A stretch of DNA of 63,132 nucleotides, filler included. It is 7 parts of 7 records of this genome, joined end to end, with 100 filler letters (N's around TTAATTAATTAA, not from the genome) between each part and the next. Parts side by side here need not be neighbours in the genome. Positions count along the whole stretch, not along the records: positions 16,588 to 32,537 come from SRR31147125_6429; positions 32,638 to 38,267 come from SRR31147125_6450; positions 38,368 to 50,652 come from SRR31147125_6480; 4 more parts are not named here. One strand, given 5' to 3'. The number at the start of each line of letters is the position of its first letter. Position 1 is the stretch's first letter. The position numbers and the translations under genes were made by a program. The notes beneath the pieces were generated by a model. It had not been told where the DNA came from, ran no database searches, and was given only the letters and a program-made list of their open reading frames with translations. This document shows, one piece after another, positions 30,377 through 38,920 of the stretch.

Positions 30377-32113
30377 CTACACCCTCGCCTGATAAGTATA
30401 CAAATCAAAATACCGTCCTTTTTTGTCAAGAAGGTCCTGGTGAGTGCCTTGTTCTTCTATGCGGCCGTTTTCTATGACCAGTATTTGTGTGGCCTGGCGA
30501 ATGGTGCTCAGCCGGTGGGCAATGACAAAGGTTGTTCGGCCTTTCATCAGTTCTGCCAGACTTTTTTGGATCAGGGATTCGCTTTCGGTGTCCAGGTTGG
30601 AGGTCGCTTCATCCAGGATTAATATTTTCGGATCTGCCAATATAGCACGAGCCAGGGCAATTCGTTGCCGTTGACCACCGGACAGTTTCACTCCTCTTTC
30701 ACCGATTAATGTGTCCAAACCATCTTCAAAGCGGTCAGTAAATTCATTAACATAAGCTGCTTTGACAGCCTTTTCCAGTTGTTCTTCGCTGGCATGTGGT
30801 CTGGGAAACAGAATATTTTCCCGGATCGTGCCTTCAAACAGAAAATCGTCCTGTAAAACCACGCCCAAATTGCTCCTGTAACTACTCAGGCTTATTTTGG
30901 ATAAATCCTTTCCATCCAGGGTAATTTTACCGGAATCCGGATTTAAAAAAGAGGCTGCAAGTCCGGCGATGGTGGATTTACCTGAACCGGTAGTTCCCAC
31001 CAGAGCTGTGACAGATCCAACAGGGGCATCAAAACTGATATTGTGAATGACATCTTTACCTTCCTCATAGCCAAAGGATACATCCAGGAATCGCATATCT
31101 CCTTTGATTTCCTGCAGCTGTATTGTCCTGTCAAATCCATTATCTTCGGGAGTCATATTCATAATTTCTTCGGTCCTGTCTAATCCGGCAAAAGCCTCGG
31201 TTAACTGACTGCCGATATTACCCATTTGAACAATTGGCGTAATCATAAATCCCAGATAAAGGGTAAAAGACAGAAATTCGCCAAAAGTCAATTGTCCTTT
31301 AATAATCAGATACCCTCCGATGCCCATGATTCCGGTTGTGGCTATTCCCAATAAAAAGGTCGCCAAACTGGAAACCAGTGCTGTAGATGTAAGACTCTTT
31401 TTCACGTTTTCAAACAATCGTTGCACACCTTTCTCAAAAGATCTGGTTTCCTGTTCTTCGGCATTAAAGCCTTTTATAACCCGAACACCACTCAAGGTTT
31501 CGGTTAATCGTCCGGTGACGTCCGCATTAATTTCACCTCTTTTGCGAAAAATTGGCCGGATATAGCCAAACGCTTTCAGGGCCACAATACCAAAAGTACC
31601 AACCGGCAGAAGCACATAAAATGTCATCATGGGGCTGATATTAATCATCAATACCAATGAAACAACAGATGTCAAAGTACCGCCTAAAAGCTGCACAAGT
31701 CCTGTTCCTACCAGGTTTCTGACACCTTCGACATCAGTCATGATTCGTGACACCAGGGCACCGGATTTATTGTTGTCGAAATAACTGACAGGAAGTGACA
31801 GGATTTTCTTTTGCACTTTAACTCTTAGTTTGGATATCAGGTGCTGTGCTTCCACGCTTAATAATCGGGTTAATAAAAAAGAGGTGACAGCCTGAACAAA
31901 AATAGCCGCACCAACGATTAAAAGAATTCTCCTCAACATCTCCATATCCTTGTTCACAATTACATCATCCATCAGGTATTTGCTTGCCCCGGGCAATACC
32001 AGGCCTGCCAGCCTGCTAATGACAATCAGGATCAAGCCCACTAATACAAGATGCCTTCTTGGCCAAATAATTGTTTTAAAGGCGTGTGATAGGTTTACTT
32101 TCGATTTATTCAT
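30377..32113 (-). CDS. ABC exporter, fused permease/ATPase (MsbA-like)
   Basis: GTTGSGKST, LSGGQRQR, ILDEATS, IAHRLST; multi-TM N-terminal half. Confidence 0.95.
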   Translation of the reverse strand: MNKSKVNLSHAFKTIIWPRRHLVLVGLILIVISRLAGLVLPGASKYLMDDVIVNKDMEMLRRILLIVGAAIFVQAVTSFLLTRLLSVEAQHLISKLRVKVQKKILSLPVSYFDNNKSGALVSRIMTDVEGVRNLVGTGLVQLLGGTLTSVVSLVLMINISPMMTFYVLLPVGTFGIVALKAFGYIRPIFRKRGEINADVTGRLTETLSGVRVIKGFNAEEQETRSFEKGVQRLFENVKKSLTSTALVSSLATFLLGIATTGIMGIGGYLIIKGQLTFGEFLSFTLYLGFMITPIVQMGNIGSQLTEAFAGLDRTEEIMNMTPEDNGFDRTIQLQEIKGDMRFLDVSFGYEEGKDVIHNISFDAPVGSVTALVGTTGSGKSTIAGLAASFLNPDSGKITLDGKDLSKISLSSYRSNLGVVLQDDFLFEGTIRENILFPRPHASEEQLEKAVKAAYVNEFTDRFEDGLDTLIGERGVKLSGGQRQRIALARAILADPKILILDEATSNLDTESESLIQKSLAELMKGRTTFVIAHRLSTIRQATQILVIENGRIEEQGTHQDLLDKKGRYFDLYTYQARV

Positions 32114-32304
32114 TTTTTTCTCTATGGATTTTTTTTTATTAGTAGCTATGATTTAATCAATCCGCTTTTACAGTGATTAAGACATTTTTCTTATTATCGA
32201 AAAAATGAAACAATTATTTTAAAGGATTTGTTCAGAATCTTTTGTTATGGTAAAATATTATGCCATGTAGTGTATAATAAAAGTGTTCTGAAATAAATCT
32301 ATGG

Positions 32305-32485
32305 TGTCAAGGTCCACAATATTCCCTAGTTCAGGTTCACTTATATTCCCCACCAATTCCAGAAATTAGCGTTTTAATTTAGACAGTCATTTTTGTCCTC
32401 TAGCGTTTTGAATTTTCTGGTATCGATTTTTCAGATATGATTCATCTTTCAATACGATTTGATGGGCTTTATGTGCTAATCTACC
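32305..32485 (-). mobile_element. istB: IS21-family remnant: istB 3' end plus terminal inverted repeat
   Basis: Minus strand RLAHKAHQIVLKDESY..* resembles the IstB C-terminus (DRL.H.A..I...GESYR); end TGTCAA followed by two GGT.CAC..ATTCCC repeats. Confidence 0.65.
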
Positions 32486-32489
32486 CTGC

Positions 32490-32537
32490 TTGCAAGGGAT
32501 TTTCCCCTGTCATTTTTTCCATGGAATCCCTTGCGAA
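32490..32537. repeat. Inverted repeat at contig end (REP/MITE-like)
   Basis: TTGCAAGGGATT...AATCCCTTGCGA. Confidence 0.4.
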
Positions 32538-32637
32538 NNNNNNNNNNNNNNNNNNNNNNNNNNNNNNNNNNNNNNNNNNNNTTAATTAATTAANNNNNNN
32601 NNNNNNNNNNNNNNNNNNNNNNNNNNNNNNNNNNNNN
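32538..32637. other. Artificial contig linker
   Basis: N-run/TTAATTAATTAA/N-run. Confidence 0.99.
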
Positions 32638-32710
32638 CCTTACCTCCAATCTATAAAAATTTTTATTCGATAATCATTTAAACAAATCCGTGTGAATACA
32701 GCACGGATTT

Positions 32711-32929
32711 TATCAGCACTTTGCCGATCATAGTGGCTTTGTTCCGCTTCCCTGCCTTCCTAGGAAACCGGAACATAAGGGGAAAACAGAGTCAGGAGTA
32801 GATTACACACAAGAGAATGCCTTGAAAGGATTGCGGTTTGCGTCTCTGGATGAGCAAAATGCTCATTTGCGGCAGTGGAATAAATGTTGGGCGCACACAC
32901 AGATACCTGAAGAGGTACTGCAATTGTAA
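32711..32929 (+). pseudogene. istA: IS21 transposase IstA internal fragment
   Basis: FADHSGFVPLPCLPRKPEHKGKTESGVDY..NALKG..F.SLDEQN.HL..W; no start; preceded by hairpin AAATCCGTG..CACGGATTT. Confidence 0.75.
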
Positions 32930-33096
32930 AAATCAAGCAGTTTTTTCACAGGTAGGGCAAGGAGTATTTTCACCCCCAAAAGTCAATCCATGACAGGTCA
33001 TATAACTATGCTATGACAGATAGGTATGATCATCCTGATTTAATAACAATAAAAAAACACTTAGCTTTACATCATAATAATATAGATAAAGTTTTT

Positions 33097-34414
33097 TCAT
33101 GAGAATTTCAATTTATCTAGAAAATTCATATATTCAACTTTAGTTTTGTAAATAGTAGAAAAATGAATTATCCTAGAGTAAAAGAGATTAACTATAATTA
33201 AAAATCTACTAAGATCATCTTTTTTTGGATCATCCAAATTATCATAATCAACAAACTTACCATGATGCACTAATCCTGATCTAATCTTGTATACTCTTTT
33301 TATTAAGCTTATTGTATCTTTTCGTTCCTTTGCATTTTCTCCATTATTAAATGCTATTCTTTCAGCAATAGACGTTGTGATGTTTTCAGACTCATTCTTC
33401 AATAATAATGACTCTAATGAAGAGAAGATATAAAGTAATCTACTAAATAGATCATGCTTCAAACCCTGTAAGGAATAAATATATATCGATTCTTCAATTT
33501 GAAATTGAAAATCTGTTTTGGGGTGCATATGATAAAAAGCAAAGAAATTAGAATGTTCTAGCATATTCAAATGTTTTTCTTTAAATATCTGATATTCACC
33601 ATGATCAATGACTCCAGTATGAAATCCATTAGCAGTCTCTTTATCTCCAAACAAAATAAAATGAGATTTCCTATATACTTGCCAATAATAAATATCTATT
33701 CTAGTTGTCACTCCAAATGATACATTACTTGCAGTAAAAATCCTTAATAAAGCAAATACTTTAGATATTTTTTGATGCGCTATATCTATTGCTTTATTTT
33801 CAACCGCTTTAACTCTTGTAATTGCTATAGCAAAACCTTGATACTCCTTTAGTATTTTCATCCTTCGATCTTCATCAATCTTAGAGACCCAACTATTTAG
33901 AAAAGACTTTGTCATAGTCTTAATTTCAATATCACCAATAACAAGATCCCTTTCTATTTCAGTTAATGGAATTGGTATTCCGATTTTAAACTCTTTTATG
34001 TCTTTCTTCATTTCTTGTTCTAGCCAATCTATATAATCAATTTTAATTCTCTCTTTCACATAAATAACTAGCCATGACATTGTTTGATGTTTCAAATATT
34101 CGTAATTACAGAAATTTCTAAAATTTGGATCTTTTAAAATATTATATATGATTATCTTTAAGTCATTATATAAATCATTCTTAATTTCATAATCCTTATC
34201 TTTTGTATTGAACACAAAACCTTGATCATCTCCAAAACCATTGACTAATTCTGTTTTTTCTATTTCGATTACCGATTTTATATGAGTAACAGGTCTTGAA
34301 CTTTTTCGATAAACTTTTTGCTTTAATCCTTGTTCTGGAGCTTTAGCATGTGATTCTATTTTTTTTAGAAACTCATCCATACGTTCCTGTATATAGATTC
34401 TTTTTTTGATTCAT
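33097..34414 (-). CDS. ApeA-like HEPN domain protein (putative defence RNase)
   Basis: C-terminal SSLESLL..IAERIAF..YKIRSGLVHHG (RxxxxH); ORF runs from 34380, with a probable true start at 34414 (AGGAG RBS) across an A-run indel. Confidence 0.75.
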
Positions 34415-34536
34415 TACCTTCTCCTGAGAATAAGAAATTAATTGTAAAGACAAAATGAGGTATAAAAACAATTGATGCAACATGAATTACCCACGATTCC
34501 CATTCTTTTACAGATTAGGGATGGATTATTCATTAG

Positions 34537-34900
34537 CTACTTTTTGTTCTTACTACCTAAATCTATTATTTTCATAAGGATCTCAGGATTCTCAAGTAAA
34601 CTAGTCAGAACTTTCATTAATAAATCATTCTGCTGTGTATCTTTTGGAGCCTGTAGCAATGTTTTGATCGTTTCATCTTGCTAACTGATAAGAAGGCCTA
34701 TCTGCTCTTTTACATCTCTTCTTGTTTCATCTGATATCGATTCAGTTTTTGCAGCCTTCAAATTAATTTCATTCAATAAATTCTCAGTGTTTTTCTTTGT
34801 TTGTTTAGCCTCATCTAATTGCTGTTTTACTAAATATCCTTGTCAAAAAGCAATGATTACGGCTATTAAAAGATATTCCAACAGGTATAATCGTTTCCAA
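34537..34900 (-). pseudogene. Disrupted ~120-aa N-terminal TM + coiled-coil protein
   Basis: AGGAG + TTG; METIIPVGIS/LIAVIIAF*QGYLVKQQLDEAKQ..LIS*QDE..KNKK*; one frameshift, TGA at 34843, TAG at 34681. Confidence 0.65.
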
Positions 34901-34916
34901 TATCAACTCCTAGAAA

Positions 34917-35849
34917 TTATTCTATACCAACACTACCATTAGTTCTTGATTCATCGTCATATAGATATTGACAACAATAATCAAGGAACCGTTGTATTTC
35001 TAAAATATCAAATTTATGATTAATAAAATCATCTGGATGAACACATATCACCAATTCATCAACAATCTTTTTATCAGCTGAAAATGCCATGAAAGAATAT
35101 ACAATCTCTTTTAACAAGTCAGATCGACTCCGATTAATTCCAGTTTTTCCCGATCCCAGAATGGGTAAAACCAATTTTCCCATGTGCCCTCTTTCTAATA
35201 GAAAGTTCCAAAAGGAATCTAAGGATTGTTGCATAATTTCCATTGATGAGCTTGGTTTACCATACTTATTCACATCAGCCATAGCAATCCAATAAGATTT
35301 AAATTTTTCATGAGTGAGTTTTATGACTGTTCCAAACTCATATCTATTTCTTTTTGTCTCTCTTCCATCACTTAGCACTTCTTTAATCTCATAACCATAT
35401 TCATTAATTGACCTTTGAATATCAGCATCAAGATAATCATTTTTCTTATAAATTTTTTCCGTCAGGATACCTTGAATTGAATTTTCAGATATGAAACCGT
35501 TATCAAAAGTAGTGTCAAATGTTGTGTTCGCAACCAGACCAATATCACCATCTTGGTTAAAAATATCACCTATAACTAAACAAATATTGATATCTTTATT
35601 TTTTATCTTATATTTAAATTCTAATCTTTGATAATTGAAAATTATACTAAAAAGAAGTGTTACAATAAAACCAATTATTATTAAACATAACTTCCCAAAT
35701 AAAATGCTTTTCTCAAAAGATAGATTTACTATTTCAACTATAGTAAGTTCGATACTTAACAAAGTGAAAAAGGTACTGACAACTTTATTCCAGTTCTTTT
35801 GCCAATAAGCACTAGAAAAGAAAAATTTCAAATGCATAAGTATTTTCAC
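34917..35849 (-). CDS. thsA: Thoeris ThsA-like effector: two TM helices plus macro domain
   Basis: Two hydrophobic segments, then IGDIF..ANTTFDT..SIQG..YEFGTV..LPILGSG; 11 bp downstream of the TIR gene. Confidence 0.8.
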   Translation of the reverse strand: MKILMHLKFFFSSAYWQKNWNKVVSTFFTLLSIELTIVEIVNLSFEKSILFGKLCLIIIGFIVTLLFSIIFNYQRLEFKYKIKNKDINICLVIGDIFNQDGDIGLVANTTFDTTFDNGFISENSIQGILTEKIYKKNDYLDADIQRSINEYGYEIKEVLSDGRETKRNRYEFGTVIKLTHEKFKSYWIAMADVNKYGKPSSSMEIMQQSLDSFWNFLLERGHMGKLVLPILGSGKTGINRSRSDLLKEIVYSFMAFSADKKIVDELVICVHPDDFINHKFDILEIQRFLDYCCQYLYDDESRTNGSVGIE

Positions 35850-35860
35850 AATTGTTTCCT

Positions 35861-36364
35861 CTAATCTAACCCAAGTTTTTTATAAACTTCAGGCTTATAA
35901 TGATAAGAGACTTGCTTATCAGATTTACTATATTGTTCATGTGAACTTGGCCAATTCTCTAAAGCATATTGCAATATTTTCGCATTAAAACTGATATGTA
36001 TTGCTAATTTATCTTTTAAAATAGGTGGACACCTATCGTCATCATAACCTCTTTTACCGTTTAAATTTATAACAATACAAGGCAAATCTCTTTTGAGAGC
36101 TTGCTCTATTTCCCATCTTACATACTTAAATAAATACCTGGTACTTTTCCCAACTAATAAAACAAAGACTTTGCTATTTCGTAATCGTTCTTGTAATCCA
36201 GCCTTTATTGATTCTTCACTTTTATCATAGATATTATTTATTTCATGAGCATCATAAAAATTGAATGAAGTTTTATCACTCTGTTTCCAAGCCCTCATTA
36301 ATCTATAATAGCGAATGTCATTATCTGCATCCATTGATATATAGACTTTATTCTTATATGGCAT
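35861..36364 (-). CDS. thsB: Thoeris ThsB-like TIR (MTH538/DUF1863) protein
   Basis: KVYIS.D, FNFYDAH, ERLRNSK.FVLLVG..T, YVRWEIEQAL with the catalytic Glu; AGGAGG RBS. Confidence 0.85.
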   Translation of the reverse strand: MPYKNKVYISMDADNDIRYYRLMRAWKQSDKTSFNFYDAHEINNIYDKSEESIKAGLQERLRNSKVFVLLVGKSTRYLFKYVRWEIEQALKRDLPCIVINLNGKRGYDDDRCPPILKDKLAIHISFNAKILQYALENWPSSHEQYSKSDKQVSYHYKPEVYKKLGLD

Positions 36365-36470
36365 TGATTCCTCCTGAAAAAACTATTTATAACCCAGAAC
36401 TTGCAATACTATATGCTACTACAAAACATATTTTTTAGCAAATAAACTATAAATCTCATTACATAAATTT

Positions 36471-37598
36471 TCATAGACTATACAAACTCATCCTTTGATT
36501 TCCTCGATACCTATAATGTCTTCCTTGATGTTCCCAAGTATTGATGATGTTCTGTTGTAAACCTTCATACTCATCTTTAGTGATCTTTAGTATCTTTTTC
36601 TCGAAATGTAATAACCCGATCTTTTCCCCATAAATACCCCACCTCCTATCTACATTTTCATACTCTTCTGGTACTTCATGCTGATATTCTTTTGCTTTAC
36701 ATTTCTTATTACCTTTACTGATATACCAGACATGATAACTGATCAGGCCTTGTTTACTTTCTTTAATCTCACTAGCTCCAATACCTGCTTTTCGGTGTTT
36801 ATCAATTGCACTACGCTTTTCTTTTTCTGTAAATCCCTCTTGGTGTATGAATCCACTTTTCTACAAGATTTGACCAACTTTCTAATGCTCATAAACGGAG
36901 CATATCAATTGGGATCGGTATCCCTGTGATAAGAATCAAATGAAAATTAGGTGCCCTCTTCGTTGAAACTCCATCTTCCAGATAAAGGAAATATTTCCAT
37001 ATTCACGACAGAATCTCTTCAATCTCTTTGAGTATGCATGTAAATGGGCTTTGAGTATTTCCCCATCTTTCGGATAGATTGATGGATATGTGAAAATTAA
37101 TTCTCTTATTACATGATCAGGGATCATATCCCAATCAATCGTCAGGTGTTTCTCATAAAATCTCTTACAACTTTTCATGGAGTAATCAACGATATTCTTT
37201 CTTATCGGTATTTGCTTTCGTCGATGTAACAGTGTTTTCTGCTTTATGATTAGGGAATGCGGAGAAGCTTCTAACCAGTACGAAGTATCACCTGCTTCTC
37301 GATAGAGAATACTCTGCATCTCAAATCGATGCCATGATCTGGGAACCCCATTACGTTCTAGAAACTGTTTATCCAGTTCTTTTTGGCGTAACCACTATTC
37401 ATTTTTCACATAATAACGTTGATCATCTGTTAAATCTTAAAACTGTACATCTGTTGGTTTTTCATCAACACAAGTAGTGTTTTCTTCTGAAATGGTCAGA
37501 TATGGAATAATAGATAAACCATAGGAATCCAAAGATTCCTCGTATTCCATATCCTTATCAAATTCGGAAAATAGTTCAGCTTGCTTTGATTCGATCAT
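36471..37598 (-). pseudogene. HUH rolling-circle replication initiator, decayed
   Basis: FTYP, WKMEFQRRG/APNFHL, HRKAG, Y..WYISK, YQHEVPEEY.NVDRRWG; stops at 37437 (TAA), 37395 (TAG), 36889 (TGA) and two compensating frameshifts. Confidence 0.75.
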
Positions 37599-37784
37599 CT
37601 ATTCCCCCTGGTTCGAAAGATTTCTCTTCGATCCATGCGACTAGTTTTGACTCAATAAACCTAATACTCCCACCTCTTTAATAAATGGGATTTGTTTATG
37701 TGCAGTGAATCTGTACATAGTTGGCTTGCTGATGCGTAGTACTTCTACTGCTTCATCAAGAGTTAGCAATTTTTTTTTGTTCAT
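37576..37784 (-). CDS. Excisionase-like HTH (HTH_17) protein; 1-nt frameshift ~37678
   Basis: MNKKKLLTLDEAVEVLRISKPTMYRFTAHKQIPFIK/RGGSIRFIESKLVAWIE; GGAG RBS. Confidence 0.75.
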
Positions 37785-38237
37785 TTCTCCTCAGGGTTTG
37801 AGGGTTGCTAACAGGGGAACTTACCGTATGATTTCAATTACTTACTGGTGGGTTGTTCTCCTAGAGTAACCTTCCTTGGCTCTGGTAGTTAACGCTACTG
37901 GAGCCAAAATTATCCTTTTCAACTTTAATTATTCTTGGATTGTTCATCCTCTCTATACTTATCCCTAACAGGGTTTATTGACTTACTTTTCCTTTTTACC
38001 TTCAATTAATTTTCTATTGTAATAGACAATACACCCACTTTTGCGAAACAGGTCAAGTTATGAGCCACTTTTCTACATATTTATTTTCTTGTTACATCAA
38101 AAAGTCTGAATTACATCAATTCTATAAAAAAGACTTGATGAAAGATGATTAAACACACCCTTATCAAGTCTATGTATATTAAAGAGATATTATTACTTTT
38201 CCAGTTAATTGATGAAGATTGATTAACCCTCGAAACT

Positions 38238-38267
38238 GCTCAGTTGGCTAGAGCGCTTGAATGGCAT
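38238..38267 (+). tRNA. tRNA-Ala(GGC) fragment, 5' acceptor strand absent, cut by contig end (probable att duplication)
   Basis: GCTCAGTTGGCTAGAGCG D-arm and CTTGAATGGCAT anticodon arm; preceded by CGAAACT instead of GGGGCNNTA. Confidence 0.7.
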
Positions 38268-38367
38268 NNNNNNNNNNNNNNNNNNNNNNNNNNNNNNNNN
38301 NNNNNNNNNNNTTAATTAATTAANNNNNNNNNNNNNNNNNNNNNNNNNNNNNNNNNNNNNNNNNNNN
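38268..38367. other. Artificial contig linker
   Basis: N-run/TTAATTAATTAA/N-run. Confidence 0.99.
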
Positions 38368-38395
38368 AAAAAAGCAATCGAGGTTTTATAAATCA

Positions 38396-38420
38396 AAATA
38401 AGACTAAAATGGTCCAATTT
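38396..38420. promoter_or_regulatory. IscR type-1-like Rrf2 operator
   Basis: AAATAA-GACTAAAATGGTC-CAATTT directly before the Rrf2 start codon. Confidence 0.55.
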
Positions 38421-38424
38421 AAAA

Positions 38425-38832
38425 ATGATTAAATTATCAAAAAAAACAGAATACGGAATTATTGCATTGCGGCACATTTCTTCATTGCAGGACAAGAATG
38501 TTGCTACTGTGCGTGAAATATCTTTACAACATAAAATTCCGAAATCCTTACTTGCAAAAATTCTACAGCAACTTGCAAAGAAAGATATGATTTCTTCTGT
38601 ACAAGGTTCGCATGGAGGGTATGTTCTGAAACAAAACCTGAAGGATATTTCTCTTGCGCAAGTGGTTGAGGCACTGGACGGGCCAATAAAGTTGACCGAT
38701 TGTGGTGATCCAAATTGTTATTGCGAGAGGATTGATTATTGTGACCTGCGGCATAGTTTAAAGCCAATTCAGGAGCGGTTGTTAAATTACTTTCAAGATG
38801 TAAAGTTGGACGATTTTTCAAAAGTTGCTTGA
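38425..38832 (+). CDS. Rrf2 family regulator (IscR/SufR-like)
   Basis: KTEYG..L.KILQQL..SVQGSHGGY.L; Cys cluster CGDPNCYCERIDYC. Confidence 0.9.
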   Translation: MIKLSKKTEYGIIALRHISSLQDKNVATVREISLQHKIPKSLLAKILQQLAKKDMISSVQGSHGGYVLKQNLKDISLAQVVEALDGPIKLTDCGDPNCYCERIDYCDLRHSLKPIQERLLNYFQDVKLDDFSKVA

Positions 38833-38920
38833 ACACATATTTTATACAGAGATCCTGAAAATATAAATAAAATCCTAAATATCAGGATCGAGTTCTTTTA
38901 GATTACAAGGAGAGTCGTGA

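Larger units (their letters stand above)
32638..38267. mobile_element. Part of a degenerate tRNA-integrated rolling-circle-type element carrying defence genes
   Basis: tRNA fragment, xis-like HTH, HUH Rep pseudogene, TIR/macro/HEPN cargo, AT-rich; the integrase end is not in the contig. Confidence 0.7.

Noticed and set aside
32305-32929. One IS21 element spanning the linker
   Set aside because: The istB and istA relics are on different contigs and opposite strands; the adjacency is an artefact of concatenation.
34537-37598. Alternative genetic code (TGA=Trp or stop recoding) in contig 4
   Set aside because: Two TGAs fall at Trp-like positions, but TAA, TAG, frameshifts and a catalytic His loss occur in the same genes, and neighbouring intact genes use TGG. 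Decay is the simpler explanation.
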